Origin: a bacterium
GTDB taxonomy: Bacteria; Desulfobacterota; DSWW01
DNA: 64,000 nucleotides
NCBI GenBank assembly: GCA_040756235.1
Contig: JBFLZG010000004.1
Span: forward strand, 1-64,000
Reading direction: 5' to 3'
Under the pieces are notes generated by a model, which had not been told where the DNA came from, ran no database searches, and was given only the letters and a program-made list of their open reading frames with translations. The position numbers were made by a program, and so were the translations under genes. Below are positions 56,330-64,000 of the stretch, one piece after another (the first letter of the stretch is position 1; every line of letters starts with the position of its first letter).

Positions 56330-56386
56330 AGCTTGTTTCACCTTTGCTGCCTTGGCCCGGTTGGTATCTCAAGGCATGGCATCCCG

Positions 56387-56965
56387 ATGAAGCTCGAGAG
56401 ACCTTTCAGGGTGGTCATCACCGGCGGTCCCTGCGCAGGCAAGACCGAGTTGTGGCGGCTCCTGGGAGCGCGCTTTCCGGACGCCGTCCTGGTGCCCGAG
56501 GCGGCCAGCCAGCTGATGCTCGAAGGGGACACGCCCGAGCGTGCCGGTATCGAAGCCTTTCAGGAGAGGGTCTACAGGCGCCAGTTGCTCCTGGAAACGG
56601 AAGCCCTGAGGCGCGGGCGTTTTCTGATCTGTGACCGTGGGGTGGTGGACGGGCTGGCCTACTCGCCCGGCATCCTCCAGCGCCTGGGCGTTTCCGTGGA
56701 GGCGGCGCTGAAGCGCTACGGACTGGTGCTGCAGGCTTGCGTCATCCCGGATTCCGATTCGTACAGGGCTTACAGCGGGAGCAATCCGATGCGCCGCGAG
56801 AATCACCTACAGGCTCTGGAGCTGGAGAAGGCGCTGGGGCGCATCTACGCCAGCCATCCGGCTTACCATTTCCTGTGGGGCTCGCTGGAGGCGAAATGGG
56901 CGGCTGCGGTCCAGATCGTTCTGGGGAGGAGGGGGTTGGAGAAGCCGGAGTTGGAGTTCTCCTGA
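56387..56965 (+). CDS. AAA_28/NadR-like P-loop kinase
   Basis: ITGGPCAGKT, VPEAA, ICDRG. Confidence 0.85.
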   Translation: MKLERPFRVVITGGPCAGKTELWRLLGARFPDAVLVPEAASQLMLEGDTPERAGIEAFQERVYRRQLLLETEALRRGRFLICDRGVVDGLAYSPGILQRLGVSVEAALKRYGLVLQACVIPDSDSYRAYSGSNPMRRENHLQALELEKALGRIYASHPAYHFLWGSLEAKWAAAVQIVLGRRGLEKPELEFS

Positions 56966-57008
56966 TTCGGGGCGGGCGTTCACCACAGACTCAAGATGGG
57001 GAGGTTAC

Positions 57009-57311
57009 ATGTCCGACCAGCAACAGGCGCCGGGGAAGAGAAAGCCTTTGGAGATCAAGGTGCCCGAGGAAGTCGCCCGAGGGGCTTATGCCAATGCCAT
57101 GGCGGTGTTCCACACGCGCGAGGAATTCGTGCTGGATTTCCTGGGCGTCTTTCCTCCGGTCGGGGTCGCTGCGGCCCGCATCATCACCAGCCCGGGCCAC
57201 ATGAAACGGATCGTCCGGGCCCTCGAGGACAACCTGCGGCGCTACGAGGAGCATTTCGGCAAGATCGCGGAAGCGCCGCCGCCCTACACCGGTCCCATGG
57301 GCTACGCCTGA
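57009..57311 (+). CDS. DUF3467 family protein
   Basis: GAYAN...HTREEFVLDF...RIITSPGHMKR...YEEHFGKI. GGAGG RBS. Confidence 0.9.
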   Translation: MSDQQQAPGKRKPLEIKVPEEVARGAYANAMAVFHTREEFVLDFLGVFPPVGVAAARIITSPGHMKRIVRALEDNLRRYEEHFGKIAEAPPPYTGPMGYA

Positions 57312-57708
57312 AGCCGCCATGCCCGTTCGGCGGGGACGGGTGTTCCGGCGATTTGCGGGGCGAGTCGCGGAGGCCCGTCCCGAGTCCCGAGGGCCGGTGG
57401 AACGGAGACTTGTTTCTCGGGATATCGCGCCGTCGAGGCTCGTGTGCCCCGATGACCCCGGCCCGGGACGAGGGACGAAAATGGGGACGGCCCGGAGGGC
57501 GCTGGTCGGCGACCCATGGGAGGAGAAGAGGGGCGGAGCGTTTTGAGCCCCAGGCAAATGCAGCCGGAATACCCCGCCCGGCCGAACGCGGGCAGACGCC
57601 TGACCTGCCAGCTCTATTGATTCGGCGCAAATCGCTTTGCTATGTTCCCCTGGCCTGAAAGCGCTCGGTAGACAGCCTTCAGTGCCTTGCGGAGAGGAGA
57701 GCAAGCAC

Positions 57709-58968
57709 TTGGCCGCACATCCGAAGCCGACACTCAGGGCCGGCGCAGCCAAGAGGGACATCACCCCGGCGCAGGACGGGCTCTGGCTGGCCGGTCACGG
57801 GCGGGGCAGGAGGGCAGAGGGAGTCCGGGACCCTCTCGCGGTCAGGACACTCTATCTTTCTGACGGAGCCGTGGAGCTTTCCTTGAGCTCCGTCGATCTG
57901 ATCGGCCTGCGGAAGTGCCAGGTCGACGAGATCCGGAGGCGGATCGGGGACCTGGTCCCCGCGAACAACGTCCTCGTCTTCGCGACCCACACGCACAGCG
58001 CGCCGGACACGATCGGGTGTTGGGGGCCGCGTCGGCCGGGCCTCCTCCCTTTTCGCGCCGGGACAGATCCGGGCTACCTGGAGAGGGTCTTCTCGGCAGC
58101 GGTCGAGAGCATATCGGAAGCCCGCGCGAACGCGGCGCCGGCCAACGCTTCCGTGGCCTGCGCCGAAATGCCCGCCGACCTGACCCGAAATGTCAGGAGG
58201 GCGCGGTTCAAGGAAGACAACGCCCATGTCCTGCGCCTTCGGAGCGAGCAGGACAAGACCCTAGCGGTCCTCATCAACTACCCGTGCCATCCGCAGGCGC
58301 TCGGCCCGGGGAATCGGCGGATCAGCGCCGACTTCGTGGCCGACCTCCACCGCGTGGTAGAGGCCGAGACCGGCGGCATGTCGATATTTCTTCAGCAGGC
58401 CCTGGGCGGCAGGGTGACGGCGGGAGCCCAACAGACTCCTGGCAGCCGTCCGTCCCCGGATTCGACGGATGCCGCTGCCAGGAGGCTCGGAGAAGCCATC
58501 GGGACCGGCATATCGGAAGCCCTGCGGAACGGCGGCCGCGCGCTTCCTCCGGAGGCTCGGCTGCACGTCACCCGCAAGGAGCTCGAAGTCCCCTTGCGCA
58601 ACCCCAGGCTGCGGGCGGCGGACGGCGTCGGCCGGGCCCCCGCGACCCGCGAAGAGCTCCGAGATCGAGCCCTGGCGACCGAAACGACCCTCATCGAGCT
58701 GGGGCCCGTGCGCATGGTGACGGTCCCGGGCGAAGCCCTCCCGGAGCTGGGGTTCCAGATCCAGGCGATCCTCAACTGCCGCTTTCCTTTCGTCCTTTGC
58801 CTGGGCTGTGACGAGCTGGGCTATATCCTTCCGCGCCGCTACGAAAACCATCCCCGGTATCGCTACGAGCGCTCCTTTTCGGTTGCCCCTGACCTGGGGG
58901 ACATCCTCCTGGAGAAGATCCGCCAGATGGTCTGGAAAGACCCCATGGCGGGGGCGGCCCCTCGTTGA
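57709..58968 (+). CDS. Neutral/alkaline ceramidase-like metallo-amidohydrolase
   Basis: GAAKRDITP, RDPLAVR, ATHTHSAPD, CHP, ISADF, VPGE, GYI. TTG start with GGAG RBS. Confidence 0.78.
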   Translation: MAAHPKPTLRAGAAKRDITPAQDGLWLAGHGRGRRAEGVRDPLAVRTLYLSDGAVELSLSSVDLIGLRKCQVDEIRRRIGDLVPANNVLVFATHTHSAPDTIGCWGPRRPGLLPFRAGTDPGYLERVFSAAVESISEARANAAPANASVACAEMPADLTRNVRRARFKEDNAHVLRLRSEQDKTLAVLINYPCHPQALGPGNRRISADFVADLHRVVEAETGGMSIFLQQALGGRVTAGAQQTPGSRPSPDSTDAAARRLGEAIGTGISEALRNGGRALPPEARLHVTRKELEVPLRNPRLRAADGVGRAPATREELRDRALATETTLIELGPVRMVTVPGEALPELGFQIQAILNCRFPFVLCLGCDELGYILPRRYENHPRYRYERSFSVAPDLGDILLEKIRQMVWKDPMAGAAPR

Positions 58969-59086
58969 GCCGGCCGAGACCGAGTCGGATTCAGGTCGAG
59001 GATCTCGTTTTTGCCCTGGGGCTTGACTAAAATGACACAGATGGGAGTGGCTCAGGATTCTCAGAATCAGGAGGGAGACGGTCGAG

Positions 59087-60427
59087 ATGACGACGAATCC
59101 GCCGCAAAATCATTCGGTCGCAGGCGATGAGATCCGCCGGGTCGGTATCATTTTTTCCGGAGGGCCGGCGCCGGGCGCCAACGCCGTGATCAGCGCCGCA
59201 GCGGTCAGTTTCCTGGATTCCGGCCGCCAGGTGGTGGGCTTCTATCAGGGCTATCAATTCCTTCAGGACTATCACCCGGTCACGAACCGCCTGGAGCGCA
59301 ACGTTCATTATCGCGAGTTCCACCTTCCCGACGTGACGGGCATCCGCACCTCTCGGGGCATTCTGATCGGCACGAGCCGTGCCAACCCGGGCAAGCCGAT
59401 CCGCAAGCCCGATGACCTCGACCATCCGGAGAAGGCCCAGAAACTGCGGAACATCTACTACGCGCTGCTCGACTTGAAAATCGACGCGCTGATCTCCATC
59501 GGCGGCGACGACACCCTCAAGACGGCCAACTACTTCCATGAATTCCAGAAGCGCTTGCCGGACAAGGCCAAGAAGGTGCGCATCGTCCATCTTCCCAAGA
59601 CGATCGACAACGATTACAAAGGGATCGACTTCACGTTCGGGTACTTTACGGCTGTGGATTTCCTTGCCCGGGAGGTTCGCAACCTGCGGGAAGACGCCCG
59701 CGCGACCTGCTCGTATTTCATCGTGGAGACGATGGGCCGGAAGTCAGGATGGCTGAGCTACGGCGTCGGGATCGCGGGCGAGGCCAACATGATCTTCAGC
59801 GTCGAGGACCTCGAGGAGTCGATGATGTACGACGAGAAGTTCACGGACGCGGAGACCGGCGAGGAGAAGGTGGAGAAAAGGCTCCGGCTGGAGTGCTTTG
59901 TGGACCGGATCGTGAACCTGATGATCGCCCGGGAAAAGAAGCTGAACAAACGCTTCGGGGTGTTGGTCCTGGCCGAGGGTCTGGCCGAGAAGTTCCCGGA
60001 GACGTACATCCGGGACGTGCCCAAAGACCCGCACGGCCACATCGGCATCGGCAAGATCGACATCGGCCGCCTGATCGCCAAGCTCGTGGCCGAGGAGTAC
60101 GCGAGAAGGACGGGAATGAAAAAGAAGGTCACGGGAGTCCAGATCGGCTACGAGGGCCGGTGCAGCGAGCCGCACGCCTTTGACATCATGCTCGGCAGCC
60201 AGCTCGGTATCGGCGCCTACCGCGCCCTTGTCGAGGAGGGCTTGGACGGGCATATGGTCAGCGCATCGGGCCAGCTCGATCTTCACTACGTCCCGTTCAG
60301 CGATCTCGTCGATCCGGGAACCCTGCTCACGGACATCCGTTTCATACAGCCGGGAAGTGATTTCTACCGCATGGCGCGCTTCCTGGAGCCCAGGGCCGAG
60401 CTCGTGGAGGACCAGGAGATCGATTAG
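59087..60427 (+). CDS. pfp: 6-phosphofructokinase, PPi-dependent type
   Basis: SGGPAPG, GGDDT, PKTIDND, MGR, GYEGR. Confidence 0.88.
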   Translation: MTTNPPQNHSVAGDEIRRVGIIFSGGPAPGANAVISAAAVSFLDSGRQVVGFYQGYQFLQDYHPVTNRLERNVHYREFHLPDVTGIRTSRGILIGTSRANPGKPIRKPDDLDHPEKAQKLRNIYYALLDLKIDALISIGGDDTLKTANYFHEFQKRLPDKAKKVRIVHLPKTIDNDYKGIDFTFGYFTAVDFLAREVRNLREDARATCSYFIVETMGRKSGWLSYGVGIAGEANMIFSVEDLEESMMYDEKFTDAETGEEKVEKRLRLECFVDRIVNLMIAREKKLNKRFGVLVLAEGLAEKFPETYIRDVPKDPHGHIGIGKIDIGRLIAKLVAEEYARRTGMKKKVTGVQIGYEGRCSEPHAFDIMLGSQLGIGAYRALVEEGLDGHMVSASGQLDLHYVPFSDLVDPGTLLTDIRFIQPGSDFYRMARFLEPRAELVEDQEID

Positions 60428-60553
60428 GAGGCTGTCCATAGACGCCCACCTGCTGCGTTGCGCTCATCCCTCGTCATTGCGGCGTACTTCCTTGTACGCC
60501 TCATTCCTCGGGATCTCGCGCGCCTTGTATCTGGGCATTTCTGAACAGCCTCC
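60427..60553 (+). mobile_element. ~125-bp hairpin MITE-like element
   Basis: GGAGGCTGT...ACAGCCTCC ends. Colinear homology to 44217-44343. Confidence 0.75.
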
Positions 60554-60623
60554 GGCAGGGAACTCTGTGAGAGGGGCCTACGGACCCAGGGCTCTGCATG
60601 AGGTCCGTCCCTTTCGCCAGCCT

Positions 60624-60944
60624 CTACCTGTCGAACTTGAAGCAAAGAAGGAGACAGCCCTCAGCGGAGCGGAAGGGCCCGTGGGTGACGCCTTTGGGGC
60701 TGAAGAAGAAAGTCCCGGCCGGATACTCCGCACCCTCGCCGCACGTACAGCTTCCGCTCAGGACGTAGCCCACCTCGAACAAAGGCTCCTCGTGGCGCGC
60801 GAGCGTTTCGCCCGGTGGCACATCGATCAGGAGCGTGAAGCAGTCCGGGAGGCTCGGGCTGAAGAACGTCTTCATTCTGGACCTTTCTGAGGGCCCCTGG
60901 ATCCATTCCGTCTTTTCCGCCTCGAAGATGTCCGGCTTTTCCAT
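60624..60944 (-). CDS. Cupin (ChrR-like) protein
   Basis: PG...HEE...E.GYVLSG, PKGVTHGP. Confidence 0.85.
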   Translation of the reverse strand: MEKPDIFEAEKTEWIQGPSERSRMKTFFSPSLPDCFTLLIDVPPGETLARHEEPLFEVGYVLSGSCTCGEGAEYPAGTFFFSPKGVTHGPFRSAEGCLLLCFKFDR

Positions 60945-60977
60945 TCTTGCGTCTCCCGTTCGATTTCAATTCAGTCC

Positions 60978-61706
60978 TCAGGCGGGCTTTCCGACCACCG
61001 TCATGTAGAGCGCGCCCTCCTCCTGGCCGTCCACGCCCAAGAGCGCATTCACCTCGTCGTCGTAGAGGGCGCCGATCTGACAGCTCCCCAGGCCGAGCGC
61101 GACCGCTGCCGAGGCCACGTTCTGGGCGATGTGTCCCGCGTCCAGGTAGATGTAGCGGTAGGCCCTCTGCCGGTACTTCCACTTGCACCGTTCGAAGACG
61201 GCTGTCCAGGCGAAGACCATGGCTGCCTCGTACACGACCTTCTGGTCGAGCGCGGCCCGGGCCGCGGCAACGCGATAATCCCCTGAGCGGACCTGCTCCA
61301 GAGCGTGCTCGAGGACCGCGTAGTGGTAGACGCCCGGCTCGATGCCTCGGACGCGGTGAACGATCGTGTAGGTCTCCACGGGATAGAGGGCGCCCGCCGA
61401 GGGGGCGGTTCGGAAACGGAACCCGAGGTGCTCGGCCGTGACGCCCTGCGCCGCCCAGAGCAGTTGCGAGGCCTGTTCGATCGTGAGGGGCTCTGCGCTG
61501 AAGTCCCGCACGCTCCTTCGGCCCGCCAGGGTATCCCAGAGCGGAGCCCCGCCTCTCGTGTCGGGCGCCGGCAGGCCGGTCCTGGGGCGATCCGGGTAAC
61601 GCTTGTAGGGCTCCGGCCGCTTGGACCACTGCAGCGTGCCGCCCGGCAGCTCGTCCCTCCGGTAGCATGTCTCCTGCTGAAACCGGTCGCCGACGCCTTT
61701 CTGCAT
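60978..61706 (-). CDS. SagB/ThcOx-family nitroreductase-like dehydrogenase
   Basis: RRSVRDF, LLWAAQG, RTAPSAGALYP, DAGHIAQN. Confidence 0.93.
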   Translation of the reverse strand: MQKGVGDRFQQETCYRRDELPGGTLQWSKRPEPYKRYPDRPRTGLPAPDTRGGAPLWDTLAGRRSVRDFSAEPLTIEQASQLLWAAQGVTAEHLGFRFRTAPSAGALYPVETYTIVHRVRGIEPGVYHYAVLEHALEQVRSGDYRVAAARAALDQKVVYEAAMVFAWTAVFERCKWKYRQRAYRYIYLDAGHIAQNVASAAVALGLGSCQIGALYDDEVNALLGVDGQEEGALYMTVVGKPA

Positions 61707-61820
61707 CTCGCTCCTCCGCGGCCCGGCCGTCTCTCGTCGTCCGATCTCATGCTGTCATGGTGGCGGTCTGGAAGGCAAGGACGAAGAAAGGTGTCCCTTG
61801 TCCGTTGCGGCCAGGGAGGG

Positions 61821-61886
61821 AAGCTCAAAGGGTAAAGGTGAAAGATCAAAGGAGGAGATGCTTCTTGCTTTCACCTTTGACCTTCC
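61821..61886. repeat. Inverted heptamer-array element
   Basis: AAAGGTGAAAG (61834-61844) / CTTTCACCTTT (61868-61878). 19 bp are identical to 45620-45638. Confidence 0.65.
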
Positions 61887-61990
61887 CGCGCCTTCTCCCT
61901 CAGCCTGCTGCTTGAAAGCCCGCGAGTTTCTGCTATCCTGCCTTTCCCGGTAGCCATGTTTCGGCTTCCGAGCAGGCGGCAGGAGAACAC

Positions 61991-63196
61991 ATGCCCCCCG
62001 TCGGGCGCAGCTCAGAAAAGAGGGTCCGCTCAGGGCTGGAGGTCCTTTCGGGGAGGTGCGCGCGTGCCCTGAAAGGGAAGCGGGTCGGCCTGCTCGCCCA
62101 CCCGGCATCGGTTACCTCTGACTTGAGATACGCCTGGGACGTGGTGGCCTCGCTGCCGGGGGTGCGGCTTTCGAGTCTGTTCAGCCCCGAGCACGGCCTC
62201 ATGGGAGCTCACCAGGACCAGGAAGGCGTGTGCGGGAAGGAGCCCTCCCGGTTCCGCGGCGTGCCCGTCTACAGCCTGTATGGCGACCGCCCGGATTCGC
62301 TGAGCCCGCGCAGAGAGATGTTGGAGCGGCTCGACGTCTTTCTGGTGGATCTCCAGGACGTCGGCAGCCGCTACTATACCTTCATCTACACACTCTCCTA
62401 CTGCATGGAAGCTTGCCGGGACGGCAATATCGAGGTCTGGGTGCTGGATCGGCCCAACCCCCTCGGCGGCGCCGCCGTGGAAGGCAACGTCCTGGAATCA
62501 GGTTTCGAATCCTTTGTGGGCCGGTATCCATTGCCGGTCCGGCACGGCATGACGATCGGCGAGTGCGCGAGGATGTTCAACGACCTCTTCGGCATCGGCT
62601 GCCGGCTGACGGTCGTGCCCATGTCAGGGTGGCGCCGCAGCATGTGGTTCGATCAGACAGGCCTGCCCTGGGTGCCGCCGTCGCCCAACATGCCGACCCT
62701 GGAAACGGCCGCCGTTTACCCCGGAGGTTGTCTCCTGGAAGGGACCAACCTGAGTGAGGGGAGGGGCACTACGCGGCCTTTTGAAATCGTCGGAGCGCCT
62801 TGGATAGACCCGCCCACCCTTGCCGACGCCCTGGGAAAGCTCGAGCTGCCGGGGGTCATCTTCCGCCCGCTCTGGTTTCGACCCACCTTTCAGAAATACG
62901 CGGGCCAGACGTGCGGCGGCGTACAGGTCCACGTTCGGGATCGGGGCCGGTTCCTGCCCTTCCGCACTGGGATGGAAATCCTCCGCTGGGCCCGCAAGCT
63001 ATGGCCCGGCGCTTTCCAGTGGAGGCGGGAGCCTTACGAGTTCGAGCGCGAGCGTCTGGCCATCGATTTGCTTGCAGGGGGAAGTTGGCTGCGGGACTGG
63101 GTCGAAAGCGAGAAGGAGCTCGAGTCTTATCCGGACCTCTGGAGAGAGGAGATCGCGGAATACTTGCGGTCCCGGGCGCCTTTCCTTCTGTACTGA
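61991..63196 (+). CDS. namZ: Exo-beta-N-acetylmuramidase NamZ (DUF1343)
   Basis: FSPEHG, DLQDVGSRYYT, LDRPNP, RHGMTIGE, SPNMP, SEGRGTTRPFE. Confidence 0.92.
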   Translation: MPPVGRSSEKRVRSGLEVLSGRCARALKGKRVGLLAHPASVTSDLRYAWDVVASLPGVRLSSLFSPEHGLMGAHQDQEGVCGKEPSRFRGVPVYSLYGDRPDSLSPRREMLERLDVFLVDLQDVGSRYYTFIYTLSYCMEACRDGNIEVWVLDRPNPLGGAAVEGNVLESGFESFVGRYPLPVRHGMTIGECARMFNDLFGIGCRLTVVPMSGWRRSMWFDQTGLPWVPPSPNMPTLETAAVYPGGCLLEGTNLSEGRGTTRPFEIVGAPWIDPPTLADALGKLELPGVIFRPLWFRPTFQKYAGQTCGGVQVHVRDRGRFLPFRTGMEILRWARKLWPGAFQWRREPYEFERERLAIDLLAGGSWLRDWVESEKELESYPDLWREEIAEYLRSRAPFLLY

Positions 63197-63422
63197 GCCG
63201 TCTTAAAAATCATAACATCGTCTTATTTTGTCTGGACAAATTCCGCCAGAGCCAGGCGCTCAGGCGTCCGCCTCGGCGTGCGTCTCCGTTCCAAAAATTC
63301 TCGAACGGCTTCTGGAATCGCTCCAGCCGAAGCTCCGTTTCCGCTCGACCGCGGCCATGCGGGTCTCCCTGAACACTGCTCTGTACTTTAGAAAAATTTT
63401 AAGAAAAGACTCCAGAAATAAC

Positions 63423-63451
63423 TTGACACTATCCAGGGTGGATACTAATAT
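63423..63451 (+). promoter_or_regulatory. Putative dcw (Pmra) sigma-70 promoter
   Basis: TTGACA-N17-TAATAT preceded by an AT-rich UP-like tract. Confidence 0.7.
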
Positions 63452-63459
63452 GCCCCACC

Positions 63460-63485
63460 AGTGGGAAAAAGTGGCATGAAGTGGT
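63460..63485 (+). promoter_or_regulatory. MraZ binding repeats
   Basis: AGTGG three times at 10-bp period (GTGGG 63461, GTGGC 63471, GTGGT 63481). Confidence 0.8.
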
Positions 63486-63515
63486 ACGCTATCCCAAGTT
63501 ATAAAAGCGAAAACA

Positions 63516-63965
63516 ATGTCACGGTTTCGCGGACAAATCCCCCATTCCCTTGACACCAAGGGGCGGGTGAGCATCCCCTCTCGGTTTCGCGAGATTCTCC
63601 GGGAAAAATACAACGAGCAGCTCCTCATCTCCAGCCGCGAAAAGTGCCTCGTCGCCTATCCGCTCCAGGAGTGGGAAAAGCTGGAAGACCGGCTCCTCCA
63701 GTTGCCGCAGTTTAGCAGGGACGTGAAGGACTATCAACGGACCTTCCTTTCCTCTGCCCAGGAGTGCCCGGTCGACGGCCAGGGTCGTATCCTCATTCCG
63801 CCCGAATTGCGGGGGAGAGCGGGCCTCAAGGACAAGGTGCTGTTCGTCGGCATGCTCAGCCACTTTGAGATCTGGGATCAGGCCGTCTTCGAAGAGGAGC
63901 ACGCATCCAAGAGGGATCAGATCGCCGCGATGGAGCATGCCCTGTCCACGCAGTACGGGATCTGA
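63516..63965 (+). CDS. mraZ: Division/cell wall cluster regulator MraZ
   Basis: FRG...LDTKGRVSIP and VDGQGRILIP (two DxxxR motifs), FEIW. Confidence 0.97.
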   Translation: MSRFRGQIPHSLDTKGRVSIPSRFREILREKYNEQLLISSREKCLVAYPLQEWEKLEDRLLQLPQFSRDVKDYQRTFLSSAQECPVDGQGRILIPPELRGRAGLKDKVLFVGMLSHFEIWDQAVFEEEHASKRDQIAAMEHALSTQYGI

Positions 63966-64000
63966 GCCGGGGATTCCGGGAAAGAAATGGTTGCGGTTTC

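Noticed and set aside
57445..57490. Hammerhead-like CCGATGA...GAAA
   Set aside because: The core is not CUGAUGA and the stem II closing pair is absent.
57319..57546. 75-aa Arg-rich ORF after the DUF3467 gene
   Set aside because: No RBS or motif, and composition typical of GC-rich non-coding sequence.
60978..61706. SagB/ThcOx gene as a marker of an azole RiPP cluster
   Set aside because: No YcaO, precursor peptide or transporter nearby. Stand-alone members are common.
1..64000. CRISPR arrays, tRNA/rRNA genes, known riboswitches (cobalamin, c-di-GMP) and defence systems
   Set aside because: None recognised by eye. tRNAscan, Infernal and DefenseFinder runs would be needed to exclude them formally.

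Overview
This 64-kb window is gene-dense, GC-rich bacterial DNA. Gene content suggests a deltaproteobacterial-type organism (Desulfobacterota/Myxococcota-like; this is an inference). About 53 credible CDSs were found. No rRNA, tRNA, CRISPR array, prophage or intact transposase was seen. Housekeeping genes include moxR, a stand-alone fusA paralogue, hup, ndk, an acyl-CoA carboxyltransferase, tatBC, an RlmI-like methylase, hflKC, a PPi-type PFK, namZ, and mraZ with its operator at the start of the dcw cluster. Three accessory modules stand out. (1) 1.7-13.2 kb: a signalling island with a pseudo-receiver sigma-54 activator, a triple-PilZ/GNAT-like protein, a SAM methyltransferase, a B12 radical SAM enzyme, a V4R-like-sensor kinase with two transmitter modules and a REC-HK. 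(2) 27.9-30.8 kb: a UbiD + two-subunit aconitase X operon matching the signature enzymes of the archaeal mevalonate pathway. (3) 33.9-41.3 kb: a seven-gene operon (flippase-like, HAD, NTP transferase, ATP-grasp, aminotransferase, Gfo/Idh/MocA dehydrogenase, CDP-alcohol phosphotransferase) beside MlaC-like and TolC genes, which looks like an uncharacterised aminated polar-headgroup lipid pathway. Intergenic DNA holds several repeat families: GTAG REPs, a ~125-bp hairpin MITE, and heptamer inverted arrays. All calls are from motif recognition by eye with no database search; some start codons were re-chosen from the ORF track.
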